From Desulfurococcaceae archaeon (GTDB lineage: Archaea; Thermoproteota; Thermoprotei_A; Sulfolobales; Desulfurococcaceae): a stretch of 64,000 nt of DNA. The DNA is taken from the NCBI GenBank assembly GCA_038888155.1, contig JAWAJB010000001.1, forward strand, positions 32,001-96,000, read 5' to 3'. Of the stretch, positions 1 through 10,266 are shown piece after piece. The notes beneath the pieces were generated by a model that ran no database searches, was not told the origin of the DNA, and worked only from the letters and a program-made list of their open reading frames with translations. Each line of letters begins with the position of its first letter. Within the stretch, counting starts at the first letter, position 1. A program made the translations under genes and the position numbers.

Positions 1-126
1 CATTTGCGTAAATAGAACATGTTCTTTCCCGTATAGTTTAGAGGAATGCCTATACTCCAAGAGGAGCCAGGGACTTAGCTCAAGCTCGCAGTGCTCTATT
101 ACAACCGTGGGCTTGGAGCCGACCAC
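1..126 (-). CDS. Sfm1/DUF431-like SPOUT-class SAM-dependent methyltransferase, 5' part (runs off the window start)
   Basis: Not in the ORF track. Hand translation from GTG at 126, with a GGTGA RBS just upstream, gives MVGSKPTVVIEHCELELSPWLLLEYRHSSKLYGKEHVLFTQM. This matches the family N-terminal pattern vIEH.E..ls.W..LEY.H. Confidence 0.75.
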   Translation of the reverse strand, partial: MVGSKPTVVIEHCELELSPWLLLEYRHSSKLYGKEHVLFTQM

Positions 127-678
127 GTAGTCACCGCGCTACTTATTGGTAGTTAAAACATATTTACGTCTCTTAAGCAGCTCTGTAATTTTTTTGACTA
201 AACTCGAAATCGGACATCCACCTGTACTACAGATACGGCCCAAATTCAACCCCCTACTCTTTTTCTTCATTTAAGATTATATAGATTTCCTCCAGTGTTT
301 TTGGTTGCCCCCTTGCTAGGAGCGGGTTAGTTTTCTTACTTGCTTTAGTTACAACTATAACTCGTTTGATTCTATTTGTGAAGCCTTAAGAAGCTCAAAT
401 GACAGTATTCAAGGCCCGTTGTACGAGAATTTTAGGGTGTTTGTATACATAGTGCCTAAACAGGCAAAACCGTCAGCGATTGAAATGAAGTTCACCCTCT
501 ACTGAAAAGAGGCATTCTGTGTTAATGATATCTTTAATGCTCTTTGTCCAATTAAAGGATGAACATAGAATTGCCTCCAATAGATTTTTGGGCTCAACTT
601 TAAAAACGCATACGGATTGTTTGTTAAATTTTTTGTTCGCTAATGTGTTTTACAAAGCCATATTAGCGGCTCTAGTTG

Positions 679-984
679 TTACCTCAACCCAAGTGTCCCC
701 ACAAGTTCATATAGAAGAATAGCTGTGAGGAGCCAAGATGAGTAAAACGTTGCAAGGCCCCTTAAGTAGATCTGGAACCTAGTAGAAGGTCTGTACTTCA
801 TTACGATGTATAGCGTAGTTAAATAGTAAACTAAGATGGACCCCGCAAATGCACCCAGCGAAAGAGTGTCAGGCTTCACGAGAAAGGAGAGAATGAAAAC
901 TGCTAATCCAAAAATTACCCCAACTATAAGCCTGAAAAGCACTATTCTATCTTCGATGCTAAGTGTAATCGACTTCAAGGCCAA
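679..984 (-). CDS. Small three-TM membrane protein, EMC6/Rab5ip-like
   Basis: 101 aa with three hydrophobic segments. The C-terminal helix RGLATFYSSWLLTAILLYEL resembles the EMC6 pattern G(L/I)..F...W...Y.L. Confidence 0.55.
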   Translation of the reverse strand: MALKSITLSIEDRIVLFRLIVGVIFGLAVFILSFLVKPDTLSLGAFAGSILVYYLTTLYIVMKYRPSTRFQIYLRGLATFYSSWLLTAILLYELVGTLGLR

Positions 985-1036
985 AACCCTATTGTATTAA
1001 GAGGTTTCACGCTTATAATTTAAAGCGGGTGTTATT

Positions 1037-3016
1037 TTGCTTAAGAAGTCAATGGACATTATCGACGTTTATTCTTGGGTAAAGATCTGCTCTAGGGATC
1101 TTGAGGGCAGCTTTATTGATAATATCTACAGGACGAAGTACAGCTGGGCACTCAAGCTTAGGTGCTTAGGATCAGTTAAGCTACTAAAAGTCGAAACTGG
1201 CGTTAGGATCCACTTCTCGAGGGGTGAGCCCTCGAGCAAGGAGATCGACAATCTAACTAGGTATTTACGCGCACACGTAAGGGAGGGCAAGATCCTCAGC
1301 GTTGAGATGCCCTGGTGGGAGAGAGTAGTAGTGCTAAAGACTGTCAAGGCTGGTAAGGAACTACTGCATTATATTGAGTTGGTACCCCGTGGAGTTTGGG
1401 CTATAACAGACATTAACAACAAAATAATTTACGCAAACAAATTCGTACAATACAGGGATAGAGAAATTAAGCTAGGAGCAAATTACCAGCCGCCTCCCTC
1501 GCGGGGTGAGCCGCCTTGGAGAAGTGACGTGCTCATAAAGCGGCTAACAGAAGGAAAGGACCTAGTTAGAGGAATAATATCCTGTTGGGGTCTCCCAGGG
1601 TACATAGCAGAAGAAATATTGCTTAGAGCAGGTGCTTACGCCGAGAAGAATAAGGCTGTAAACGAAATAGGCAGGCCACAGTTAGAACAGGTAATTGATG
1701 AATACACTAAACTAGTTAATGAATGCCTATTTGATAGAGGATACCTAGTGTACAAGGATGGCGCGCTAGAGCTCTACTCACCTTATAGACCTAGGCTCTT
1801 CGAAGAGGTATACGGATTTGAGGTAAGAAACATAGGTAGCTTCGAGGAGGCTTTGGATGTGTACTTTATGGAGCTGGAAGGCTACCTCAGCGCCGAGGAG
1901 AGAAGGCGCCAAATGCTAGATCATTTAGAGTCGTGGAGAAGAAGAGTTGAGGAACAGAAGAAGATCGTAGACGAATTTAGCAGAAAGCTTGAAGATATTG
2001 ATAAGACTCTCTCATTAGTGTACAAAAACTACAAATTTCTGTTCGAGACAATGGAATGCGTTAAAGAGACACGAGAAAAAAGAGGCTGGGAAGCTGTAGT
2101 CGATTGCAATATCTCAAGGTATGATATGCAAAAAGGAGTTGTATATTTAAATTTAGATAGCTTTGAGCTTGCAGTCCCAGTTCGCGAGGGCGTAGATGGG
2201 CTTGTATTGAAGCTAGAGAAAATGAGGGGAGAACTAAAGAAGAAGATCAAGAGAGCCTCTGAAGTACTCAAGGAACTAGAAACTAAATCTACCGAAGCAG
2301 AAGAGGAGCTAACAAAGAGAACTTACACCAAAATTGCACCAAAGTACTGGTATGAGAAATACAGATGGAGCTTCACAAGAGGTGGTTACCTCGTAATAGC
2401 TGGACGCGACGCCTCGCAAAATGAGGCTATAGTTAAAAAACATCTTGGCGATGAAGATGTGTTTCTCCATGCAGAAATACGCGGAGCTCCAGCTACTGTT
2501 CTATTGAAGGGCAAAGAAACCTTGAAGGATGAAGATGTACAAGACGCTGCTGTAATAGCAGCCTGCTACTCAAGAGCTTGGAAAGCCGGCTACAGCTATG
2601 TAGATGTGTACTGGGTCCTCGGAAAGCAGGTCTCCAAAAGCCCGCCGCCAGGAGAGTTCTTAGGTAAAGGCTCATTCATGATATACGGGGAGAGAACTTA
2701 TCTAAAGATACCCTTGAAACTTGGAGTTGGCTTGAGAGTTTTCTGCGATAATGTCTACGGAGATTACATTAAAGTGTACGTAGGTCATCCAGATCTAGTG
2801 AAAACAACCGCGATATCCTATGTAGTATTAGTTCCTGCTCAAGAGAGCCCAGAAATTCTAAGCAAGAAAATAGCCAACACTTTAATTGAACATGCTTACA
2901 AGAAAACTGGGATTAAATACGAATTAGCGGAGCAACAGGTATTAGAGGTTTTGCCAGGACCAGCTAGAATTGTTGAAGAGGGAATGGGCAAGGGTGAGAG
3001 CTCCTGTATCGAATAG
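1037..3016 (+). CDS. rqcH: Ribosome quality-control factor RqcH/Rqc2 (NEMF family; NFACT-N, coiled coil, NFACT-R)
   Basis: NFACT-R motifs WYEKYRW, AGRDASQNE, FLHAEIRGAP, ACYSRAW and QVSKSPPPGEFL.KGSFMIYG; central coiled coil. Confidence 0.93.
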   Translation: MLKKSMDIIDVYSWVKICSRDLEGSFIDNIYRTKYSWALKLRCLGSVKLLKVETGVRIHFSRGEPSSKEIDNLTRYLRAHVREGKILSVEMPWWERVVVLKTVKAGKELLHYIELVPRGVWAITDINNKIIYANKFVQYRDREIKLGANYQPPPSRGEPPWRSDVLIKRLTEGKDLVRGIISCWGLPGYIAEEILLRAGAYAEKNKAVNEIGRPQLEQVIDEYTKLVNECLFDRGYLVYKDGALELYSPYRPRLFEEVYGFEVRNIGSFEEALDVYFMELEGYLSAEERRRQMLDHLESWRRRVEEQKKIVDEFSRKLEDIDKTLSLVYKNYKFLFETMECVKETREKRGWEAVVDCNISRYDMQKGVVYLNLDSFELAVPVREGVDGLVLKLEKMRGELKKKIKRASEVLKELETKSTEAEEELTKRTYTKIAPKYWYEKYRWSFTRGGYLVIAGRDASQNEAIVKKHLGDEDVFLHAEIRGAPATVLLKGKETLKDEDVQDAAVIAACYSRAWKAGYSYVDVYWVLGKQVSKSPPPGEFLGKGSFMIYGERTYLKIPLKLGVGLRVFCDNVYGDYIKVYVGHPDLVKTTAISYVVLVPAQESPEILSKKIANTLIEHAYKKTGIKYELAEQQVLEVLPGPARIVEEGMGKGESSCIE

Positions 3017-3064
3017 TATAAAAGGTTTAAATCTCTTCTTATAAAACAATCAAATTAGCATTAG

Positions 3065-4312
3065 GTGTTCGCGGTGGGGGTCTCAAGAAATATAGAGATA
3101 GAATTGTTACGCATGCACAGCGTTAGAACAATGAGAGTTGAGCTCGTTGAGAGAAAGGGGTTAGGCCATCCAGATTACATAGCTGATTCAGCTAGTGAAG
3201 CTGCTTCGCGGGCTCTGTCTAAGTATTATATAAAGGAATTCGGCACAATACTACATCACAATCTGGACAAGACGTTGCTCGTTGGAGGTCAGGCCTCACC
3301 GAGGTTTGGTGGCGGAGACCTCATAGAACCAATATACATAATAGTGGCTGGCAGGGCAACAACAGAGGTTAGAGTTAGTGGTAGTAATTACTATATACCG
3401 TACGGTAAACTCGTAGTTGAGGCGGTTAAAAGTTGGATTAGATCAAACTTCAGGTACTTAGACCCAGAGTCTCATGTAATAGTAGACTACAAAGTTAGGA
3501 AAGGAAGTGCTGACTTAGTTACTTTATTCGAGGCTGGAAAGCAAATAATGCCGCTAGCAAACGATACCAGTATAGGGGTTGGTTTCGCCCCGCTCACTAG
3601 CCTGGAAGAAATAGTCTATAAAACTGAGAGGCTGCTTAACTCAGGGGAATTCAAACGAAAGTGCCCCGCAGTAGGTGAAGACATCAAAGTTATGGGCTTA
3701 AGGAAGGATAGACAAATTATCCTAACAATTGCTGCAGCTATTATTGATAAAGAGGTCCGCGACAAACATGAGTACGCAAAGGTAAAGGAGGATATTGCAG
3801 AGGTAGTTGAGGAACTGGCTCACAGTATATCACCTAATGCAAACATTAAAATATACGTAAATACAGCAGATATGCCAGAAAAAGGTAGCTTCTATTTAAC
3901 TGTTACAGGTACTTCCGCTGAACATGGAGACGACGGTGCAACTGGAAGAGGTAATAGAGCAAACGGCTTGATTACACCAATGAGACCTGTAAGCATTGAG
4001 GCTACAGGCGGGAAAAACCCTGTAAGCCACGTTGGTAAGATATATAATGTCCTAGCGAGGATCATTGCCGAGAAAATATATAACGAGCACAGGGATTTCT
4101 TCAGCGACGTCTACGTCGAGCTGTTGAGCCAGATTGGTAAACCAATAGACCAGCCTCTCATAGCTAGCGTCAAGCTTATACCTAATGAGGGGCTAAACAA
4201 TGTAATACCCGATCATATAAGGAGCAACATTAACGGCATTGTAGACGAATCTCTAGCCGACATCAGGAAAATAACTGAGCTAGTTGTCAACGAGCAGGCT
4301 ATTCTCTATTAA
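3065..4312 (+). CDS. mat: Archaeal-type methionine adenosyltransferase (SAM synthetase)
   Basis: Motifs [50 protein letters not shown] and [13 protein letters not shown]. Confidence 0.96.
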   Translation: MFAVGVSRNIEIELLRMHSVRTMRVELVERKGLGHPDYIADSASEAASRALSKYYIKEFGTILHHNLDKTLLVGGQASPRFGGGDLIEPIYIIVAGRATTEVRVSGSNYYIPYGKLVVEAVKSWIRSNFRYLDPESHVIVDYKVRKGSADLVTLFEAGKQIMPLANDTSIGVGFAPLTSLEEIVYKTERLLNSGEFKRKCPAVGEDIKVMGLRKDRQIILTIAAAIIDKEVRDKHEYAKVKEDIAEVVEELAHSISPNANIKIYVNTADMPEKGSFYLTVTGTSAEHGDDGATGRGNRANGLITPMRPVSIEATGGKNPVSHVGKIYNVLARIIAEKIYNEHRDFFSDVYVELLSQIGKPIDQPLIASVKLIPNEGLNNVIPDHIRSNINGIVDESLADIRKITELVVNEQAILY

Positions 4313-6230
4313 CTCTATTGAGAGTTTTCCTCGCCTCTTGATAGTCTTTAATTGTTTTTATTATACGATCTCGTTTTTCTGAGATCTCCAGCTCTGAAAT
4401 ATATTTCCACTGTTTCTTTATCTCGTTCAGCACGGAAACATCAACTAGAACGAAGTTGTCTAAATCAAGTTTTTTACTCGCCTCCACAACTGGGACTCTA
4501 GCCTTTTTCCAATTCACTTCACTAGTGCCACTGGGAACTAGTGCGCCTGTCTTTGTGCTTTTTAGGTATTCAATGTAGTTCCACAAATCGCCTGGGTTAT
4601 CCAAGTATAGGGGTAGACCCCGGCATTCCTGTGTAGGAGGCGGCTTACAGGCCAACGTTAGCATGCCACGCGAAATATCCAAAATGGCATTTTCGAGCGC
4701 TAAAACTCTGTCTTTAAGTAGAGCCAATAATTTATTTTTTTCCTCAACCATTCTAGAGAGGTACTCTACTTCGATATTCAAATGGTTGATCTTTCGCTCG
4801 CATTCGTCGTTAATGGCTTTTTTCTTAAGCATTTTGATCTCCAACTCGAGGTTCTTGAGTACCTCCTCTCTATAACTCAGCTCTTGCTCGAGCCTCTTAA
4901 CTGTCCCCTCAAGCTCGGATATCCTTGCGTGAAGCTTGGCTACGTCCTCATGAATAAATCGTTTATTTTTCTCAGTATCTACATCTTCTCGAGCATTCTT
5001 ACCCCGCGAGAGGGCTTTAATAAAGACCTCCTCTAAAACTTCTGAGAGAGGTCTCCCCCTCACAATATGCGCAACAATCTCATCTCTGTCCACTCCTCTT
5101 AACCCTCTCAGCTTAGACTCGACTTCGTCGATTATCGGTTTAATTTGCTTGTAGGCCTTTACAGCGGACGCGAGGGCGTCCCTCGCGTGAGAGTCGACTA
5201 TCTCTACATTGTATATTCTATTTATATCCAAAGCTATTCGCTGTTTTTCCTCTACGCTTAAGTCCTCGCTCGGCGTGTACAGGACTGATCCAAGAATGGT
5301 TGCGATCTTTTTTGCATACTCTGGTGATTTAGAGGTGTCTACAGAGACTATGATGGGTTTCCCCTTAGATAAAACGTTTTCGATAAGTTGTTCTCTATCT
5401 GGATTCTTGTAACTTTCAACTAGTAGGGGGACTCCATTAAGGTCTATTACAGCTACACCTATGCTTGTGCCCGGATCTATCCCCAGGATTACAAGTTTTC
5501 TACCTTTTTCCGCAACTCTTTTCGGGAGGGCAGGCTTAATGGAGATCTTGGCATTCTTATAGTTCAGTGGACCAACAATTCCGCGTATCTTTTCCATCGG
5601 CGCATAGACTATAAAAAGCCCTCTCTCAAGCCCGCCATCGCTCCTCTTAACTGTGAGGTCGTACTCGAGGTTGTTTTGATCAAGCGTCTCCTTTATCTCT
5701 TTAACTAAACGAAGAATCGACGCCCTAATGCTTCTCTTAAATCTCTCTGAGCTAGATCCCCCTTGATTTGGTGTTCTTCCCTTTGATACTAATATATAAA
5801 CCCTATCTGATGCAGGCTTAACCTCTCTACCGTAGCCCGTGTACGCGGCATAAGCAATTACGAAAGCAGCGTGAATCGGGGTTAAAGAGTCTGAGTCTAG
5901 TTTAAGTTCCTTTGCTATGTGCTGCACACTGTAGTATCCACTTGTTGTGTTGGTGACCTCAACAATTCTGCACCACGACGGTATTATTTGAGAGAGCTTA
6001 ACGAGATCGCGTTGCCCCCCTACAAGTTCATAGATGTTGTCAACGGCAAGAATATCTACGTGATACTCAATAATCAGCCTTATAACGCTGTGTAGCGGGA
6101 CATCGTCAAGCTCTCTTATAACAACACCATCTCTTAAAATAACTACAGCGTACTTAGGCGTCCTTGACGACCTAGGCGAATGTCCTGGCTTAATGTCCAT
6201 TCCCATGACTGTGACGATAGGCTCACCCAT
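4299..6230 (-). CDS. DUF460 protein (COG2433): RNase H-fold domains plus coiled coil
   Basis: N-terminal GMDI..G and LAVDNIYEL; GGSS.ERFKR; a second RNase H-like motif LGIDPGTSIGVAVIDL; H.RDALASA; long coiled coil. Confidence 0.88.
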   Translation of the reverse strand: MGEPIVTVMGMDIKPGHSPRSSRTPKYAVVILRDGVVIRELDDVPLHSVIRLIIEYHVDILAVDNIYELVGGQRDLVKLSQIIPSWCRIVEVTNTTSGYYSVQHIAKELKLDSDSLTPIHAAFVIAYAAYTGYGREVKPASDRVYILVSKGRTPNQGGSSSERFKRSIRASILRLVKEIKETLDQNNLEYDLTVKRSDGGLERGLFIVYAPMEKIRGIVGPLNYKNAKISIKPALPKRVAEKGRKLVILGIDPGTSIGVAVIDLNGVPLLVESYKNPDREQLIENVLSKGKPIIVSVDTSKSPEYAKKIATILGSVLYTPSEDLSVEEKQRIALDINRIYNVEIVDSHARDALASAVKAYKQIKPIIDEVESKLRGLRGVDRDEIVAHIVRGRPLSEVLEEVFIKALSRGKNAREDVDTEKNKRFIHEDVAKLHARISELEGTVKRLEQELSYREEVLKNLELEIKMLKKKAINDECERKINHLNIEVEYLSRMVEEKNKLLALLKDRVLALENAILDISRGMLTLACKPPPTQECRGLPLYLDNPGDLWNYIEYLKSTKTGALVPSGTSEVNWKKARVPVVEASKKLDLDNFVLVDVSVLNEIKKQWKYISELEISEKRDRIIKTIKDYQEARKTLNRVNRE

Positions 6231-6287
6231 TTAATCAATAGTGACAATATATTGTTATAACCTTTGTTCAATTAGAATTTTCAATGC

Positions 6288-7166
6288 TCAACCAATTATT
6301 CTCTTCAGTGCTTCTTTCGGATCCAAGGCAACTTTGTAAACTTTATTGAAAAACTTCACAATGTATTTGATGTCACGTTCTAATAAGTCAATGGCGTTAG
6401 GATCATCACTATAGACGTACTGGGGCCAGTCAATAATGAAGGGCTTTTCGTCTTCCTTTCTAATCAATATGTTATATTCACTTAGGTCTCCGTGAACGAT
6501 AGAGGCCTTGTGGTAAGCTATCCCAATCGTATTCAACACACCGTTTAAGACTCCATCTGGATCTGAAAGAGGAGGTCTCTCGAATAGCTCTAAGCCATCA
6601 ATGAACTCAACTACTACAACATGCCTACTGTAGCCTATAGGCTTCGGTGTGTACACGTTAAATGGTTGTAGCTCTCTAAGAGCTTTAAACTCCCTTTCAG
6701 CGGCTAATTTGGACTGCGTGTACCATGATATACCTCTCTCGGCTCCCCAACGTCTAACTCTAGCAGTCTGTCTAAAACTAGTCCTGCCAATCCTAAGGAA
6801 CTTTATAGCTATCTCTATGCCATTAGGAGCAAGCCCCGAGTAGATTTCGCTCTCTTTACCAACCCCAATTTTGCTTCCAATTGCTTCAACGATGTTATCC
6901 TTTACAAGAGCTCTTAGCGCAAGCATATCATAGCCCAAATAGGTTAGTCTATACATCTTTTCACCACTAATAGTTTCGCGCTTAACTAGGTTTAAGTCGT
7001 GGAGCTTCGCCATAATGAGGGATAGTTTACCCTCGTGGAGTTTACTAGTTTTCTCTAGTAACCTCAGCGGCGCGTATTCGCGGCTGACTAACGCCTTTTC
7101 CAGCGCACAGAGTACCTTAAAATCGTCCTCTAACAAGCTCTTGTAAATTATTCCTAGTCTAACCAT
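6288..7166 (-). CDS. rio2: RIO2 serine/threonine kinase (wHTH plus RIO kinase domain)
   Basis: N-terminal wHTH (YRLTYLGYDMLAL), IGVGKESEIY, KFLRIGRTSF, VHGDLSEYNI, IIDWPQ. Confidence 0.95.
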   Translation of the reverse strand: MVRLGIIYKSLLEDDFKVLCALEKALVSREYAPLRLLEKTSKLHEGKLSLIMAKLHDLNLVKRETISGEKMYRLTYLGYDMLALRALVKDNIVEAIGSKIGVGKESEIYSGLAPNGIEIAIKFLRIGRTSFRQTARVRRWGAERGISWYTQSKLAAEREFKALRELQPFNVYTPKPIGYSRHVVVVEFIDGLELFERPPLSDPDGVLNGVLNTIGIAYHKASIVHGDLSEYNILIRKEDEKPFIIDWPQYVYSDDPNAIDLLERDIKYIVKFFNKVYKVALDPKEALKRIIG

Positions 7167-7473
7167 ATGATGTCGCCGTCAAAGAATTTTACCTTGAAAA
7201 GCTTATTTACTGCGAGCTTCAGCGTTAACACTTGCCGCGAGATTGTCTTTGTCTACCTAGTAACTTATTCGATGACCTAACGTAAATATATTACAGGCGC
7301 TTAAATAAATTAAGAGATCGTCAATGGCCAGGAAGCCGCATTATTATAATTCCAACCGGGTGAGCACAAACATCTTGATGAGATAAAAGCCTCTGGGGTT
7401 ACTTTTGAAGTTTTTGGTCCGGTTTATAAGGGGGTAAAGATTGTCAAACGAAATTTAAAGCTATTTGCGCAAA

Positions 7474-8880
7474 CTACTTCAAAAACTTATCTTCGTATTG
7501 TCTAAGATAATGCGAACTTAGAGATACATCAATAAATAGATGAGATGCCCTCTCAACATCTTGAACATCCACTGTTGTAGCTCCCCTTTCCTCTGCTAGA
7601 ATGCGGGCAGGCTCCATCAGTTGCACAGAGTACCTAAGGCTCCTATTAACGCCTAGTTCAACGAGCTTCTCAAGGGCTTCTTTACTTAACGTTACCTCTG
7701 ACTCCTCAGCACGTATCTTAATTATCTCCTTTATCTCATCGGAGTTGTAAGGCCTAGTTGGGATTATGAGGAGTCTATCCAACAAGTCAAGTGGCATTCC
7801 GTGGGGAGACTCTATATCCGTGCCCCTTATTCGCGAGAAACCCCTGTTTGTCGCAAGTATTACTATAGGTGCGAAGTCGCTCTCAATTGCCCTACTGAGA
7901 AAGCTGAAGGCCTCTATATCAAGCATGTGTGCATCATCTATGAATAGCACGCCAGGAACTAGCTCGGCTTTCTTCTGATCAATCCACTTCTTTACAGTTT
8001 CATCAACATCACGCCTAACCTCACTAGGTATCTCTCGTTCGAAAGCTAATCCAAAAATACTCACTAAGCTCCTTTGGGTAGCGAAATACATATCCAGCTC
8101 ATGCAATGTTAGCACATTAACTATCTCCTTTTCCTTTTTAATTGGGCCCTTTGGTACCTCTACAACCTTTTTTATCTCAATATCGTATGCCCTAGCTCCC
8201 TCAACTTCTTTTGTTCTACCAACTCTGTGAACTCTTCCTGTTTCTGAGTCTATCCATATTACATCGCCTTTCCTTATTCCCAACTCTATAATTTGTTGTG
8301 TAACTTCTTCGGGGACAGAGAGAGTGAGCTCCTCATCCTTAGTTCCCAATGTTACCTTAGCCTCTACGGGGACAGAATAATACGGAACCATGGGATGTTT
8401 AGCTCTCCTAATCTTAATGTCTTTAACTACACCTTCGTAGACCTTTCTTACCTCGCGTATCCTAACGCCAAGGGACTTCCTGAGGGATTCCATCAGGACT
8501 TCGGTCTTCTTTCTCTCGCTACTGTATACTTCGCTTCCCGTCATCATGACGAATGGTGTATCTTCTCCGAGCTCTCTTGCGATTGCAACTGCAAGAGCTG
8601 TTTTACCAGTGCCTGGCGGACCAACAAAGAGTATCCCTCTGCCGGCCATTTTCCCCTCTTTAATCATCTTGACCACTATGCCGGCGGCTTCCCTTGCCTC
8701 TGCCTGTCCTACGAGCCCATCAGCTATGAATAAGGCCTTGCCTTTTTCATCTAGCCCTAGTCCACGTACGTGGCTATGTGTCCCTATTCTCCTCCTAGTG
8801 GTAGTTTCTATTCTGATACCAATGCCGCTCAAGAATACCACCATTTGGGATTTTATTTTGCTACATATTTGGTCTTGCAT
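7474..8880 (-). CDS. RuvB-like AAA+ helicase TIP49 (pontin/reptin family)
   Basis: HSHVRGLGL, Walker A GPPGTGKT, GSEVYS, VPGVLFIDDAHMLD, ATNRG, SPHGMPLDLLDR. The real start is probably the TTG near 8832, after GGTGGT. Confidence 0.95.
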   Translation of the reverse strand: MQDQICSKIKSQMVVFLSGIGIRIETTTRRRIGTHSHVRGLGLDEKGKALFIADGLVGQAEAREAAGIVVKMIKEGKMAGRGILFVGPPGTGKTALAVAIARELGEDTPFVMMTGSEVYSSERKKTEVLMESLRKSLGVRIREVRKVYEGVVKDIKIRRAKHPMVPYYSVPVEAKVTLGTKDEELTLSVPEEVTQQIIELGIRKGDVIWIDSETGRVHRVGRTKEVEGARAYDIEIKKVVEVPKGPIKKEKEIVNVLTLHELDMYFATQRSLVSIFGLAFEREIPSEVRRDVDETVKKWIDQKKAELVPGVLFIDDAHMLDIEAFSFLSRAIESDFAPIVILATNRGFSRIRGTDIESPHGMPLDLLDRLLIIPTRPYNSDEIKEIIKIRAEESEVTLSKEALEKLVELGVNRSLRYSVQLMEPARILAEERGATTVDVQDVERASHLFIDVSLSSHYLRQYEDKFLK

Positions 8881-8922
8881 AATGGAATATTATATCATTT
8901 TACTAAAAATTTTTAACTTAAA

Positions 8923-9333
8923 TTACTGCTTAGTCTCGACAATAGGTATTTCCATGAGAGTGTTGTCAATCAAAATCCAAGCATTACGCTCTCCGTCCAG
9001 TGAATTGACTATTATCCACGGTATTTTCCACGCTTCCATGCCCTTCAAGTCGTCTAAACTCGGTGTAGGGGGCGCAGGGTGGCTGTGCAATAACGCTACG
9101 ATATCCATTCCCAAAGCCTTAGCTTTTTCATATAGGTTAATTATGCATAGGGGATCTGCTACAAATGTGCGATCGGGAGTTTTAGACACATTTGAACACT
9201 CGTGTAGCTGGCTAACAACGAAATTGTCTTTATCTTTCGAGCCAATTCCAATGTAAACTTTCTCGATACGAGTGTTCAAGCACTCTAACACTACCTTATT
9301 TAGGAGATCGACGCTTATGATTAGCCTAAACAT
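8923..9333 (-). CDS. JAMM/MPN+ (M67) metalloprotease, desampylase-like
   Basis: JAMM motif E...HSHP....PS..D, followed by PWIIVNS. Confidence 0.88.
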   Translation of the reverse strand: MFRLIISVDLLNKVVLECLNTRIEKVYIGIGSKDKDNFVVSQLHECSNVSKTPDRTFVADPLCIINLYEKAKALGMDIVALLHSHPAPPTPSLDDLKGMEAWKIPWIIVNSLDGERNAWILIDNTLMEIPIVETKQ

Positions 9334-9404
9334 TATTAAAGCCCCTTAACCTATGCTTTATTAAGCTATAAGATTGTGTTATCAAAAGTAGGTTTAAAGT
9401 TTGA

Positions 9405-10250
9405 GTGATAGAGTTGAAGCCGCTGATAAACACCCTACTAAAGCAGCTAGATGCTTTAACGCACGTACTTGAGGAGAAAGGCTATTTGGGGTGGTACATA
9501 GGCGAGGTCTCTAGGTTGAGAGGAATTATCAGTGGTGCTAAAACGCCTCATGTTCCTTCCCGCACGCTGTGGGATAGATACACCTTTATATTGACAGCAA
9601 TAGAGGAGGTAGCTATTGTTGCCAAAAAGGCTGGATACGACTTTGCACTTTACTCCATGATAACTTCGTTGAGAGAACAGGTAATAGAGTTTAAGAGCGC
9701 ACTAGAGAGAGCTTATACCTTAGAGAAAATCCAGGTCTCTATGCCAGTAGTTCTTGGAATTTCACTTGTGATTTTCAAGACTATTAATAGCGCTTCAACG
9801 CTGAGTTGGATATACTACGCTATATCAATTATCTCAATTATTTCTGCATTGATAAACCCGGTGTTAAGCCTTATAGGTACGGGATTTTTAGGCGTAATGA
9901 TGATGCTTATCGAGGGCGATGCAAGCGGTTTACTCACGGGTTCGCTATTATTGTTTGTATCTGCTTTGTACGTTTACCTTCTATATATGTCTAAGTCGAG
10001 CAAGTTTGAGAAAAAGGTAGAAGAATTGGCTGTAAATATACGGAACCTAATTGAAGAAGAGCTTGCGCCTAAGCCGTTTAGGTTGGAAGAGGCTCTTCCA
10101 TCGTTGACTGAAAACTGCAGAATTATCAGCACAGGCATATTTACCTACTTAGATAGGGACGCGCTCCTGAAGTACAAGGCTACGCTCCTCTTAATGGCGG
10201 GATTTTTAGCAGAATCGACTGTGCTTCAAGGTAATAAAAGCTTTATTTGA
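9405..10250 (+). CDS. Hypothetical membrane protein (helical N-terminal domain plus about 4 TM)
   Basis: 281-aa ORF with a hydrophobic block around aa 110-195. Confidence 0.7.
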   Translation: MIELKPLINTLLKQLDALTHVLEEKGYLGWYIGEVSRLRGIISGAKTPHVPSRTLWDRYTFILTAIEEVAIVAKKAGYDFALYSMITSLREQVIEFKSALERAYTLEKIQVSMPVVLGISLVIFKTINSASTLSWIYYAISIISIISALINPVLSLIGTGFLGVMMMLIEGDASGLLTGSLLLFVSALYVYLLYMSKSSKFEKKVEELAVNIRNLIEEELAPKPFRLEEALPSLTENCRIISTGIFTYLDRDALLKYKATLLLMAGFLAESTVLQGNKSFI

Positions 10251-10266
10251 AAATATTATAACTAGG

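Noticed and set aside
139-270. 43-aa basic minus-strand ORF in frame upstream of the Sfm1-like gene
   Set aside because: Short, no recognisable motif, and the downstream gene has its own RBS.
519-722. 67-aa plus-strand ORF
   Set aside because: Overlaps the convergent membrane-protein gene and has no RBS or motif.
7354-7424. Possible C/D-box sRNA (TGATGA at 7376 inside an AACCGG/CCGGTT stem)
   Set aside because: No properly spaced CTGA D/D' boxes, and the stem is only 6 bp.
8546-9256. 236-aa plus-strand ORF and the many other antisense ORFs in the track
   Set aside because: Shadow frames of well-supported genes on the opposite strand.
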